Source: Piedraia hortae CBS 480.64 (lineage: Eukaryota). Taken from it: a stretch of DNA of 64,000 nt. The position numbers and the translations under genes are program-made. The stretch is from the NCBI GenBank assembly GCA_010093745.1, contig MU005961.1, positions 62,001-126,000 on the forward strand. Direction: 5' to 3'. The stretch's first letter is position 1. Every line of letters begins with the position of its first letter. Below, piece after piece: positions 36,119 to 47,854 of this stretch. Under the pieces are notes generated by a model. The model had not been told where the DNA came from and did not search any database. It saw only the letters and a program-made list of their open reading frames with translations.

Positions 36119-36730
36119 TGCTGTGGAATAATAGTGGCTTTCCCTACTGTGCTATGGTTGGAATGTGGACAGGGTTCGCCCCGCATCACGTGGTCATGTG
36201 TCAAGGTCGTTACAGTCAGGCAGTCACTGATGGACAGCCCAACTTGGTTACCATGAGTTACTCTTCCGCTCGTCGTGTTGAAAAGACGGACACATAAAGT
36301 CCGCATTTCATGAGGTTGACGGCGGTAGTGTGGGGCATAAAGCGTTTGCAGGTTAACAACAGTTGATAAGCTACATACTGTAGTTGAGACCCTCCATCGG
36401 GTCAGAGAAGCCGTCCTCGCGTCCGATTTCGAACAAGGTAAAGGGTGTGCCCGAACGCAGATTTCACGCCCCAACCATCCGACCTGCACCCTGCCACTTG
36501 AGCCCCGAAGGGAGAGCGGAGCACAAACGGATAGCGGGTCTCATCTGGTTGCACGCCAAGCTTTCATCATCTATTGACCATTAGCACAGCTTCATGGGAG
36601 AGCGCTGCTTGACGCACATTTTCTTGAATGGAGGGTTCATAAAGAGAAGAAGAAAGAAGGTCAGGGATTCGCGGTGGAGTGGAAGCCGGCTCGGGCCGAA
36701 ATTGACCTTTATCATACACTAAAATTACAT

Positions 36731-39109
36731 TCACTTTTTATTCTTCTCAGCTCGCTCCTTTTCATACTTGGCCACCAGCTCCTTTTGAAGCTGTGGTGGA
36801 GCGGCAGCGTAGTGTGAAAACTCCATGGAAAACTCGCCCTTCCCCTGTGTTGCCGCCCGTAATTGGCTGGAAAATCCAAACATTGCTCCCAACGAGCAAT
36901 CTGCCGTGATTGTAAAGTCATCAGCCCCGGTTTCGGTATCGCTAATGATGGCGTTGCGTTTGTTCAGTAAACCAACAACGTTACCTTGAAACTCTGTGGG
37001 TGCCGTGACCATGGTTTTCATTAGCGGCTCCAACACCTGCGGTTTGGCGGCGACAAACGCCTTGCGAAAAGCCTGCTGTGTTGCCCGATGGAAGGCGTTT
37101 TCCGACGAATCCGTCATGTGCGTTGCTCCGTCGCTGATGACCATGTGGCAGCCCAGCACACGGTGGCCAAGCAGAGGTCCATTGCGACATGAGTCTTGGA
37201 AACCCTTTTCACACGCGTACATGTACTTTTCGGGGATCGCACCACCAATAATTTGTTCTTCAAACGTATTTTCTCCCAGTTCGCCGTCAGGCTTTGGTTC
37301 GAGATAGCCAATGACACGGGCATAATCTCCTGCACCACCCGTTTGTTTCTTGAGCAAATGATCGAATTCGACGTGCTCTTTGATAGTCTCACGATAGGCA
37401 ACCTGTGGAGGCCCAGTCACCACATCAACATTGTATTCCCGCTTCATCCTCTCCACGTAGATGCCGAGATGCAATTCGCCCATGCCGCTGATGATTGACT
37501 GACCAGACTCGGTGTCGACATGTACGCGAAAGGTAGGATCCTCTCGCTGGAAGCGGGCAATTGCCTTCGAAAAGTTGTTCAAATCCTTGCTGTTCTTGGG
37601 CGCAATGGAGAGACTGACGACGGGATCGGGCACAAACATGGAAGTCATGGTGTAGCCTAAGCCACTGTCGGTAAAAGTATCACCAGATGCACACTCTACG
37701 CCAAACACTGCACAAATCTCACCCGCACTAATGTCTTGCACATCCTCCATTTCATTAGAGTGCATGCGGACAATTCGCGGGATTTTGATCTTCTGGCCGG
37801 TGCGGGCATTGATGACATTGGCTCCTTTCTTCAACTGACCTTGATACACACGCACATAGGTCAACTGACCAAAGTTCGACTCTTCGAGTTTGAATGCCAA
37901 GCCAACAAACGGAAGGCTGTTGTAAGAAACCAGCTTGACGGGAGCCTCTTTCCGCCTTCGATCCAGCGCCAAATTTGCCACCTCTGATGGATTGGGAAGG
38001 TAGTCACAGACTGCATCCAGCATCGGCTGCACGCTCTTGTCAGCCAAGGCAGATCCCATCAAGACGGGCGAGAATGATCGATTTATAGTTGCCCTTCGAA
38101 TGGCGGCCTTGATTTCCAATGGTGACGGCGTCCTTTCTTCCAGAAAAGCGTTTGCAATCTCCTCATCCACATCAGCTAATGTTTCGATCAGCTTATTCCT
38201 CTTCTCTTGTGCAAATCCAAGCAGATCAGCTGGGACTTCATCCTCGCGGATAATCTCGCCTCTAGCGCCTTCGCTGTACAATGCCTTCATCTGGATAAGG
38301 TCTACAACACCCTTGAATTCATCCTCCATGCCAATCGGGATCTGGATAGCAGCAGCCGGCATTCTTAGCTTCTTGTTAATCCCTTCAATGGCCTTCCACG
38401 GGTCGGCACCAGCACGATCCATTTTATTAACAAACGAAATCCTAGGAACATTGTACCTCCGCATCTGCCGGTCAACCGTCATTGTCTGTGACTGCACTCC
38501 TGCCACGGCACAGAGGATCAACACCGCACCGTCCAGCACACGCAGCGCCCTTTCCACCTCAATCGTGAAATCAATGTGTCCCGGGGTATCAATCAAATTA
38601 ATATGGTATTTCTCCTCCTTCAGTTCTCCCGTAATCGGGTCAGGCTGTTTCTTCTTCCAATCGCAAAACGTGGCCGCAGACTGGATGGTAATCCCCTTTT
38701 CCCTCTCCAAATCCATCGAGTCCATCTTTGCCCCGACCGAGTCTTTGCCGCGCACTTCATGAATGTCTTTTATCCTGCCTGTATAGAAGAGAACCCGCTC
38801 AGTGGCGGTTGTCTTGCCCGAGTCGATGTGGGCCGCGATGCCAATGTTGCGCACTTTGTCCAGTCTGGCGGCTTCTTTGGGATCGAGGTTGGAGACGATC
38901 GTCTCTTGAGATAGTGCGTTGGGGTCGTGAATGGCCGCTTCTTGCACCGCAGACGCTGCGCCGGCGGATTTCCATCTTCGTGGTTGCCACTGACTCGTGG
39001 CTATCCGTGGGTGTCGCTGGCCGAATATCTGCGGTTGAAATACGGCTACTTGCCCTCTCCTCAGAGCAGCAATCGGCTTCCTTGCGCTCCGGGCGACGAC
39101 GGCGCGCAT
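36731..39109 (-). CDS. MEF1: Mitochondrial elongation factor G1
   Basis: Arg-rich presequence, [41 protein letters not shown] and [11 protein letters not shown]. Confidence 0.97.
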   Translation of the reverse strand: MRAVVARSARKPIAALRRGQVAVFQPQIFGQRHPRIATSQWQPRRWKSAGAASAVQEAAIHDPNALSQETIVSNLDPKEAARLDKVRNIGIAAHIDSGKTTATERVLFYTGRIKDIHEVRGKDSVGAKMDSMDLEREKGITIQSAATFCDWKKKQPDPITGELKEEKYHINLIDTPGHIDFTIEVERALRVLDGAVLILCAVAGVQSQTMTVDRQMRRYNVPRISFVNKMDRAGADPWKAIEGINKKLRMPAAAIQIPIGMEDEFKGVVDLIQMKALYSEGARGEIIREDEVPADLLGFAQEKRNKLIETLADVDEEIANAFLEERTPSPLEIKAAIRRATINRSFSPVLMGSALADKSVQPMLDAVCDYLPNPSEVANLALDRRRKEAPVKLVSYNSLPFVGLAFKLEESNFGQLTYVRVYQGQLKKGANVINARTGQKIKIPRIVRMHSNEMEDVQDISAGEICAVFGVECASGDTFTDSGLGYTMTSMFVPDPVVSLSIAPKNSKDLNNFSKAIARFQREDPTFRVHVDTESGQSIISGMGELHLGIYVERMKREYNVDVVTGPPQVAYRETIKEHVEFDHLLKKQTGGAGDYARVIGYLEPKPDGELGENTFEEQIIGGAIPEKYMYACEKGFQDSCRNGPLLGHRVLGCHMVISDGATHMTDSSENAFHRATQQAFRKAFVAAKPQVLEPLMKTMVTAPTEFQGNVVGLLNKRNAIISDTETGADDFTITADCSLGAMFGFSSQLRAATQGKGEFSMEFSHYAAAPPQLQKELVAKYEKERAEKNKK

Positions 39110-39230
39110 TCTTTCCTTCAGAAATCTTGCGGCGGCTTCTCCTTTGGGAAGGTGGAGCGGAATTGATCCGCGATGTCACTGACGTCGTCTGTCCAGCAGC
39201 GCTGCCATCACCGTCTTCTCTCCAGCAATC

Positions 39231-40721
39231 ATGTCCCTAATCCCGGCTAAGAAGAGCGATACACCGGCGCAAGCCCCCCAACCAACAACAACAAAGCGCG
39301 GCAAGTTGCCGACAGGCTACGCCCAAGAAATCGTCCTCTCCGACCAAACCTTTCGCACCTTACAACGCAGCAACGAGCAAGTCACACGGGGACAGAAACG
39401 CAAGCGCGAGGCGCGCGGCGACGCATCCAAAGTCTTCGGCGCCGGTGCCTATAAGGGGCCATGGGCGCGGTACGAGGAACAAGACATTTCCAGCTCTTCG
39501 GGGGAAGAATACGAAGTCTCCATCTCCGGCTCCGATAGCAGCCAGAAGGAAGTCTACTACGAAGACGAGATCGCACCAGTGCCATCCAAAGCATCCACCC
39601 TAGCAGGTACAGCATACAAAGACATCACCGCGCAAGAAACCGAATCCTCCACCTTCCACGGCGCCCAAGAACGCGACTACCAAGGACGCACATACATGCA
39701 CATCCCCACCGACATCAACATCGACCTAACCTCCGACTTCGAATCCCTCAACCTAAAATGCTACGCTCCCAAGAAACAAATCCACACTTTCAAGTCCCCG
39801 AACGGGAAGGAATCAGCACACGACCGCGCCATCACGGCGCTCCGCTTCCTCCCTACAAGCGGCCACCTCCTCCTCTCCGCCTCTGCCGACTCGGAGCTCA
39901 AACTCTGGGACGCGTACCACTCGCGCAGTCTCCTCCGTTCCTTCTCTGGCCACGCCAAAAGCGTTAGCGACATTGATTTCTCCCCCGACGGGTCAAAATT
40001 CCTAAGCTGTTCCTACGACCGGAGTGTCAAAGTCTGGGACACCGAAACTGGCGATTGTACTGGAAAGTTCAAACTCGGCAGCACGCCGCACGTCGTCCGC
40101 TGGTTCCCTGGCCATACCTCCGGAGGGGAGTTTATCGCCGGGATGCATGATAATCGCATATTGCAATACGACACCCGTGAAGCAGCGTCGGAGGCTGATA
40201 AACCGACCCAGATATATGACCACCACCTCGGCCCAATCAATACTCTGACGTTTATTGATGAGAATCGAAGGTTCATCTCCACATCAGACGATAAGAGCCT
40301 AAGGGCATGGGAATGGGGAATCCCCGTCCCGACAAAGTTGATTTCGGATAGTAGTATGTTCGCGTTAACACGCGCGACGGGACATCCAATTAAACCTGCG
40401 GTGTTGTGTCAGAGTGGAGATAATGTTATCAAGGTTTTTCACACCGGGGATAGGATTAGGGTTAATAGGAAGAAGGAGTTTCGGGGTCATAATGTTGCGG
40501 GGTATGCGGTTGATGTGGCGATTTCGCCGGATGGGGGGGTTGTTACCTCAGGGGATAGTGGGGGCTTTGTTTGCTCGTGGGATTATAAAACTTGTAGGAT
40601 GCTGGGAAAGTACAGGGTTACGAGGGGGGGGGTGCCGCTTGTTGCGATCGCGTGGAATCCGAGGGAGACGTCGAAGGTGGTGACGGGGGATGGGGAGGGG
40701 TTTGTTAGGTATTGGGATTGA
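39231..40721 (+). CDS. PRP17: Pre-mRNA splicing factor Prp17/Cdc40 (WD40)
   Basis: YKGPWA, DYQGRTYMH, SGHLLLS, YDHHLGPINT, STSDDKSLRAWEW and FRGHNVAGY. Confidence 0.94.
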   Translation: MSLIPAKKSDTPAQAPQPTTTKRGKLPTGYAQEIVLSDQTFRTLQRSNEQVTRGQKRKREARGDASKVFGAGAYKGPWARYEEQDISSSSGEEYEVSISGSDSSQKEVYYEDEIAPVPSKASTLAGTAYKDITAQETESSTFHGAQERDYQGRTYMHIPTDINIDLTSDFESLNLKCYAPKKQIHTFKSPNGKESAHDRAITALRFLPTSGHLLLSASADSELKLWDAYHSRSLLRSFSGHAKSVSDIDFSPDGSKFLSCSYDRSVKVWDTETGDCTGKFKLGSTPHVVRWFPGHTSGGEFIAGMHDNRILQYDTREAASEADKPTQIYDHHLGPINTLTFIDENRRFISTSDDKSLRAWEWGIPVPTKLISDSSMFALTRATGHPIKPAVLCQSGDNVIKVFHTGDRIRVNRKKEFRGHNVAGYAVDVAISPDGGVVTSGDSGGFVCSWDYKTCRMLGKYRVTRGGVPLVAIAWNPRETSKVVTGDGEGFVRYWD

Positions 40722-40728
40722 GTAATAT

Positions 40729-42381
40729 TTAGATTATGCGATCGAGACGTTTGAGGAGCCCGCCGACTTTTTTTTCGATGTTGCTTGGTTTGGGCTTGGA
40801 CTCTTCGCTGGGGGTGGGGATGTAGACTTGGTTGTGAAGCTCGCCGGTGTAGCTCCCGCTGGGGGTGTAGGGTTGGTGAGGGTTACCCGTTGATAGGTAG
40901 GAGGGATGTTGAGGAGGTGGGAGGCCGGGTGAGGTCATTCCATATGGACCATATGACCCCGCTGCAGGCCCGGGAGATACCGCTGCTTGGGGTCCAAAGC
41001 TCGGCTGGTTCATTGTATGGCTTGGTGGAATTCCCGGAGAGACCAAGGCTTGGGAACCATAAGGTTGGTTGTATGATGAATGGTGATGAGAGGAAGTTAG
41101 GCCTGGAGATGCAAGTGCTTGCGGACCAAACGACGGTGCATATGGCTGCCGATGTGGTTGTTGAGGAGGCAGTCCGGGAGACGGTACCCCTTCTCGACCA
41201 TAACTCGGCACAGTTATCGTTTGTGCAGCCGAACCGTAGCTTGCAGTCTGTAGTGGAGCATTTTCGTATCCTTGAGGCCACGCAGGAGCAGCTGCTGATG
41301 GGCCATAGGAAGGCTGAGAGTTGGATGCATTTGGTCCGAAGCTCGGTGTATCGGACCGACCAACACTCGGTCCAACGCCCGGTATGCTAGAATGACTAGC
41401 ACTAGGACCGAAGCTGGATAAGCTAGAGTTTCCAACGCTGGGTCCAACGCTCGACGGGTTCAAGTGACCTGCACTTGGCCCAAAGCTCGGTGTACTGGGC
41501 TTCTCATACCCATAGCTCGGTGTACTAGACTTCTCATACCCATAGCTTTGGGTCGGGTACCCTGCAGGCTGTGAATCAAAACTAGACTGAGTATGGTGTC
41601 CCTGAACCGGTCGAGGTTGAGGGCTATAACCGGCCTCAGGATGATGATATCCAGACTGGGGTTGGTCGTATTCCTGACGTGGAGGAGGAGCAGATTGGCC
41701 AGATGCATAGTTTGACTTGGGCAAGTAGAGCCCACCCGATTGTCCATCCTCTGGCGGAGGCGTTTTCTCCCGATGAGCAATGGGCTCGGGCGCGGCGGGA
41801 GCGGCCGGATTATATGACTGCGTGGGCGGAGGGCTTGGGACGTACCCGGGAGTGAAGGATGTCTTTTCCAGCTGCTGAGCAATCGGACTCACAGAGTCAC
41901 TGCGATTTGCTGATGTGGCTGTTGCCAACTCCTTTCGCAATATCTCACCATCCCTTTCGGTCCAGTGGTAAATGTCTACGCCTTGCACATAGTAACGACC
42001 TGTTCGGCTATTGTCAATGTCATATCCAGGCAGTGTCCACTCAGTTTGGTCAGTGCTAGCTGCATCGGCACGTAGAGAGGACAAAGTCGGCTGCTGGTTG
42101 CTGTATTCAAGACTGGTGCTGCTGAGCGAGCCGCAGAAACAGTCGTTGTTACGGTTTATAATCGACACCCTGACGCTACCAGTGTTGGCATCGTGAAAGA
42201 GACAGAGCTGGCTACCTCGATCAAAGCGATGGTGAAGAGGATTCGAGTTGGGACTGGAAAAGAAGTAGTGCACGTCAACATAACTGTGTTCGAAGTCAGG
42301 ATTGCTTCTGACACACACACAAACACACAAAAGGGAGTTTTACTGGTTCGCCAACAATCGTTCATTCGGTCGAGGATGCAT
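40729..42381 (-). CDS. Conserved fungal protein with globular N-terminus and long Pro/Ser/Gly-rich repeat tail
   Basis: Exon 1 MHPRPNERLLAN, intron 42284-42343, then YVDVHYFFS..HHRFDRGS and PAAPEPIAHREKTPPPED. Repeated PSFGP/SPG units, including a 30-bp tandem unit near 41484-41547. Confidence 0.8.
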
Positions 42382-43549
42382 CATCTCTTATTTGTCGATG
42401 AAATTTTCTGAAATTGTCTGAAATTGTCTACGTTCTGCTCTCACACCTGCCACACCTGCCACCCCGTTCAAGGGCTGGCGGCTACATGGCCAATAGAGTT
42501 GGAGACGGACCTACCCGTCGCGGATCGCCCAGTCACGGCCCGGTCCGAACGCACTTCACCCAACATCCCCAAGTTGGTTGCTTGCAGCAGATGATTTTCA
42601 TTGCAGAGATTCTAACCCGGAAATTTGCTGCAGCTGGTTGGATCGACCGTGGTGAGAGAGCCCCACCTTGATGTATCTACTTGTTTTATGCTCAGGGATT
42701 ATCAGTCATGGATAAGGGTGACGGGTCGCCGCATATTTTCGGCAGGAAGCCCTGTCACCTGCCTTTAGGCCTGCTTATTGTGTATCAAGGACATGATCCG
42801 TAAGCCGATCTCCTGGTCAAAGGAAAATTCTTGCTCCTTGTGCAACTCCAGCCAAACGCTGCAGTTCTTGGCTGTTTGAAACGTTGTATTATCGATAGAC
42901 TGAGACGACGATTTTCCAATCCATCCGCAGTCCCAGCACACATCTTACACCATACATCAATGCCATTGAGGCTCCGCTGCTGACCTCTTCTGCATGGTGG
43001 TTGCGCTCGCTGCAATTGTGTGAACGCGAAATTCATGCAGGCTGCCGGACGTTTATGACAGACGCAACGCGCCGATGTAAGTACTGCGAACACGACACGG
43101 AAACGGCGTTTCGTCGGCTCCTTTGGAAATTCTGTGAAGCTTGACTTTATTGGCTTAGCGGTACCGACGACCTGTTTTTTGCCCGGGGTTTCATTCGCTT
43201 CTTTCGCTACCGTGCTTGGAAAAATGGCCCTTCTGTTGAGCTTTCCCCGTTTCTCCCGTGCCGCGTTATGCGGTTTCACACAGCGTCAGCTGTTCTCCAT
43301 CTGAGACCCTCGACTACAAAGCCGAGCCCATTTCCCTCTCCCGAGCTGCGACCTTTGTTCACTTTTGTTTGCAACCTGTTTGTGGTGGACTTTATTGTTG
43401 TCTCGGGCTTGTAACATTGATTGTTGGTGCTGGCGGGTTGTGTTTCTTTGCATTGCACGGTGAGTGTTGGGGGCAGTGTTCATTGTGCACTGCTAACACA
43501 CGGCTAGTGGCCTGCTGTTTGACACGTACAACCCCGTCGCTAATCAATC

Positions 43550-44407
43550 ATGGCTGAGTGGATGCCTCTGCAAGACGAGATTGTCGTTCCTGAGCAGCTC
43601 CATCCGCCAGGGTACTACCTGTACGCCCCGGTGATGCACCTGTCGCCACCAGCGAGCTGTTCTTCTTGTACGTCGTTTGGTTCGACTGCGAGCTTCCAAT
43701 CCTCTGCGCTTCCCCCAGTTTTTCTCGACGAGTCCTGTGTCTCACCAGAGTACGGCTTCTATCAACCCCAGGAGTGGATGCAGGGGAACATTGTCGCCCC
43801 TCCTCCACAAGCACTTCCTCCTCCTCCAGCGTTTTATCCAGTTCCCGCTGCGTTCGAGACGGACACCTTCAGCACTCAATATGACTCAAGTTTCGATTTT
43901 GGTAGTGCGGGAGGTAGTGTTGCAGAGTACTGCACGCCTGCCCCGACCGAAATTAGCGGCGATGACGTTGTCTCGGTCGCCGAAGACGATCAAGCGGAGC
44001 CCCCTCTCAGTCGCCGGAAGCTAGACAGCGAGCTGGTCCGTCTGCGTCAGCACGGCATGTCATACTCCAAGATCCGCAAGGCCTTGAGATGCAGCGAAGC
44101 AGAAGCCACCCTCCGCGGCCGCCACCGAATGCTAATCACGCGCAAGGAGGACCGTCTGCGGAAGCCCGTCTGGCAGGACACAGATGTAAGTGATTTTTAG
44201 TGCATCAAAGTTAACCTCACTCATGAATTAAACTAGGAGCACCTCCTCTACCGTGCCGTGGCGGTTCTTGCTCGTCCGCAAAAGCGAACGGGCCGTGTCA
44301 AGCCACCGTGGAAGAAGATCAGCGAATGGATGAGGGACAATGGTGCGTCGTACAAGTTCTCTGCGGCTGCATGTTCGAAGAGATGGAGGACTTTGAACTA
44401 TCGTTGA
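43550..44407 (+). CDS. Myb/SANT-like HTH DNA-binding protein
   Basis: LVRLRQHGMSYSKI....EAEATLRGRHRML...DRLRKPVW|...PWKKISEWM..NG.SYKFSAAACSKRW. Intron 44186-44236, plus a probable 5'-UTR intron at 43460-43507. Confidence 0.85.
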
Positions 44408-44814
44408 AAAAGAGTTGAGAGCCTCGCAGCGTTAAAGAATTATTTGTTACCCGCAAGGCATTGATATATTGTATCTAGAAATGTAATCGCTCGTTTGATC
44501 CAACCACTGTGAATTGATGGAGGCACAAACATCTCGCCTCCTTTGTCAGTACAGAAAGTTCCGCTGCATGCCAAGACACTCACACCACATTGACATCATC
44601 TGGCACCACGGTTACTTGACACTCAGCTTGGTTGGAGATTGCATGCATTTGCCTTTAGAGAGGGGAATCCGGGCGGGATCACCCGCCCTACCAAATATGC
44701 GCGGAATCCCGCCCGTCCCCAGCTATTTCAGGCTGCACCATATCTCATCTGCGAACAACGATTGGGCCATTTTCTGAACCAAGGCAGTTGTTGGAGTTGA
44801 GTACGTAGAGCTTA

Positions 44815-46390
44815 CAGTGCCCCAAGAAATTGTCCTAGATCTGAGGGTTATTGACACATCAGAACCATTTCTTGCGCTCTATTAACTGTATAGGCTTGAG
44901 AGTAGTACCATTCGATGGCGCTTCGAATGCGCTATCGAATGAGGGTAGTTTTGTTTATGTGCGTAGTATATAGCGCGAGACAACTGGGATGAAAGTGCGA
45001 CAAATTTGTGGGACAATTTATTGGCGGGGAAATTCTAGTACCTCCTTTCGCCTTGACAACAGCAGCACGCCTACTCGGCATGCTTTCCACAAGGCTATAG
45101 CACTCCTCTAGAGTGAAAGGGACTCAGACTTCTTCCAATCTCCCCTGCAGCTGCTTCAAGCCCTCCACTTTGCCGTCATGTTCCGCCAGCTTTCTCTTCA
45201 CAATCTCCCAGAGGTGTTCGATGAGATTCTGGTCTGGAGTGTACGGCAGCCAGTCTAGAACGATGATTCCCTTCTCCTCGAAATAATCATGGGCCAGCTT
45301 CGAGGTGTGCTTGTTGTTCCCGTCCTGCTGAAGCTTGGTGCAGCCGAGGGACCGCGTGCTGCTAGGATGATTTACCGCAGAATGCTGACATACTGCTTTG
45401 CGTCCATTCTGCTGACCACATATTTGAATCGGCCAACACCTGCTGCTGACAGGCAGCCCCAAATCAGGGTGCTGCGGCCGCCAAACTTGACTGTACCCTT
45501 CACATTGTGTGGTTCGAGTCCATTCTCATGAGGCGGAACCCACAACCACTTTCTTCCGTCGGACCCTATCCTATTAACTTTGGTCTCGTCGGTAAAGAGG
45601 ACCTTCTCTCAGTCCTTCGTAGTCCATTCCTGATGTTCTTCAGCCCATTTCAGGCTTGCTTTCATTTTCTTCTTCGTGCGGAGCGGGGCCTTCTTCTTTT
45701 TGATCGCCCTCAATTCGTTTTCTTTGAAAGCCTTGCGGACTGCTTCACTTGAAACATCAATATTTAGGCCCTGCTTTAAAGCTCTGGAAACACCAAGTTC
45801 CGAGTCTCGCTCACCAGTGCGCACCATACGCGTGGTACGCCGTTTGGTAATTTTATCAAGCTTGACTGAACGGCCCGAATTGCTATATACAACGTTTGCA
45901 CCCTTATCCTTCAGCTCACTATGGTCTCTTTCGACGTTACTCTTGCTATATCCGGTGTCCTTCGCGATTTCACAGACCAATTTGCCCGATTATATGCCAG
46001 CGATGATGTTCTCTCGCTTAGACTGTCCCAATGGTCGCATGTTGATCGGATTTAAAAATTTCGATTGTTAGTGGAATCTGAAGTCTCTGGAATACGTTGT
46101 GTTCACTTTCAGGTATGTCGGGGTGTTGTCTGTTGAATACGACTTGTTATTTTGGTTGATGTTGATGTTTTTATGCGTCGCCAATGAATTGTCCCACAAA
46201 TTTGTCGCACTTTCATCCCAGTTGTCTCGCGCTATATACTACGCACATAAACAAAACTACCCTCATTCGATAGCGCATTCGAAGCGCCATCGAATGGTAC
46301 TACTCTCAAGCCTATACAGTTAATAGAGCGCAAGAAATGGTTCTGATGTGTCAATAACCCTCAGATCTGGGACAATTTCTAGGGGCACTG
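44815..46390 (-). mobile_element. Tc1/mariner (DD34E) DNA transposon, 1576 bp, 212-bp TIRs, TA target-site duplication
   Basis: TA|CAGTG...CACTG|TA ends. TIRs 44815-45026 and 46179-46390 differ at 3 positions. A transposase relic lies inside. Confidence 0.97.
45035..46040 (-). pseudogene. Tc1-family transposase, disrupted by stops and frameshifts
   Basis: HTH N-terminus, SGRSVKL, VLFTDETK, TVKFGG..IWGC, QQD-x34-E (DWLPYTPDQNLIE) and LVESMPSR..AV.KAKGG. Stops lie near 45990, 45609 and 45124. Confidence 0.92.
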
Positions 46391-46654
46391 TATCTCGGGA
46401 TATTCGGGGGTGCGAGATCCCCTATGAATCCGTGGGAGACGCCAAGTATGCCCCCACAAAACACAGGATTTGATTGGCGCGCGGAGCGCTACATACCACA
46501 TTTGGCGTAGCTTTCCTCTTCTCCAACTTCACTCTTTCTTGGATGGCTAGAAAACCCATTTACTGACGAGTAACACACGTATATTCATATGGAGATGAAA
46601 CCCAGCCAGTTATAGAGTTCCATATAACCCCAATATCTTACATTTACTACACAA

Positions 46655-47854
46655 TCACCTCCCAATCCACCCATCAACCCCAAGCACTCCACCCCCTGCA
46701 ACCATCCCATCAAGCGGCCACTTCCTAAACGGCTCAATCCCAAGCTCTGAAACAAACCCCAACTCCCACATCTCCACAGCCGTCCAAGCAATCATGAGAG
46801 CATTGTCCCCACACAGCTCCATGGGGGGGAACACCAACTCCACATTCGCATACCCCCTGACATCCAACCCCCGTCTCAACACAGTTTTCAGAACCTTATT
46901 CGCAGCGACCCCCCCCGAAACAACCAGCGCCTTTGGCGTGTCAACCCCCGCCTCGAGCCGGATCAAAATTCTGGAGAGTAGGTGTTCGAATGCGACTCTC
47001 TGCACTTCACAGGCAAGATGTCTCCTCTCGCGAAGCGATATTTCGTTTGACGTAAACACGATTCTCTCGACGGAGCTGAGGAGTCCAGAGAAGGAGAATT
47101 CTAGTCTTCGATTTGATTTCAAAGGTGGGGGGAGAGCCCAGTCCCATTCCGATTCTCGAGGGGTGATTTCCTCGCTTCGCGACTTGGGGGGTTTATAGGA
47201 TTCTGAATTCAGGGCGGAGAATTCCTCTAATGCGCGGCCATAGGGGACGGTTGATTTGAGTGCCTCGGACGGGAGGATTGCACGTGCGCATTTGTCCAGA
47301 CAGTCGCCAATGGCAATGTCCTTTGTTTCCGCGATGAGGAAGTGGTCTACGGTGTTTTTGGTATCAAGGAGGAGAGTGTGTCCGCCGCTGACGAGGAGGG
47401 TCATGAAGGGGAAAGATGGTGTGGGTTTATTTTGGAGGGATGCTGCCAGCCTTGGGGTGAGGGCATGAGCCTGCATATGGTGCACACCTATAAGCGGTAC
47501 GTTCCATGCAACAGCGAGGCCTTTGGCTATCGAGAGACCGACAGAGAGGTTGGAATACATCCCCGGACCGCGTGTCGCTGCTACCATGTCGAGCGGTGGA
47601 AGTTTGGGGAGGAGGAGACTCGCTTCGCGTATAAGGGGTGCCAGGAGGCGCTGGTGGGAGGATTGTGCAACAAGAGGGTGGATGCCGCCATAGGCTGAAT
47701 TGTCGGATGTGAGGGTTTTGTGAAAATGGACTTCTGTTGTCGATTTGTCGTTGGTGAGTAGGGCCACAGAGGTATCATCGCATGAGGTTTCGATTGCTAG
47801 CGTTGTGATTTGTCTTCTACTTGTTCGAGAGAGGAGGGACGCTGCGCGGTACAT
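46655..47854 (-). CDS. QRI7: Mitochondrial tRNA t6A synthase (Kae1/TsaD family)
   Basis: LAIETSCDDT, YGGIHP, ATRGPG, GVHHMQAHAL, LLVSGGHT, VVSGGVAAN and CGDNALMIAW, with a basic presequence. Confidence 0.93.
   Translation of the reverse strand: MYRAASLLSRTSRRQITTLAIETSCDDTSVALLTNDKSTTEVHFHKTLTSDNSAYGGIHPLVAQSSHQRLLAPLIREASLLLPKLPPLDMVAATRGPGMYSNLSVGLSIAKGLAVAWNVPLIGVHHMQAHALTPRLAASLQNKPTPSFPFMTLLVSGGHTLLLDTKNTVDHFLIAETKDIAIGDCLDKCARAILPSEALKSTVPYGRALEEFSALNSESYKPPKSRSEEITPRESEWDWALPPPLKSNRRLEFSFSGLLSSVERIVFTSNEISLRERRHLACEVQRVAFEHLLSRILIRLEAGVDTPKALVVSGGVAANKVLKTVLRRGLDVRGYANVELVFPPMELCGDNALMIAWTAVEMWELGFVSELGIEPFRKWPLDGMVAGGGVLGVDGWIGR

Noticed and set aside
36655..36712. AAGGTCA...TGACCTT stem downstream of MEF1 as a possible ncRNA
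   Set aside because: Short stem with no snoRNA, snRNA or telomerase-RNA hallmark that I could recognise.
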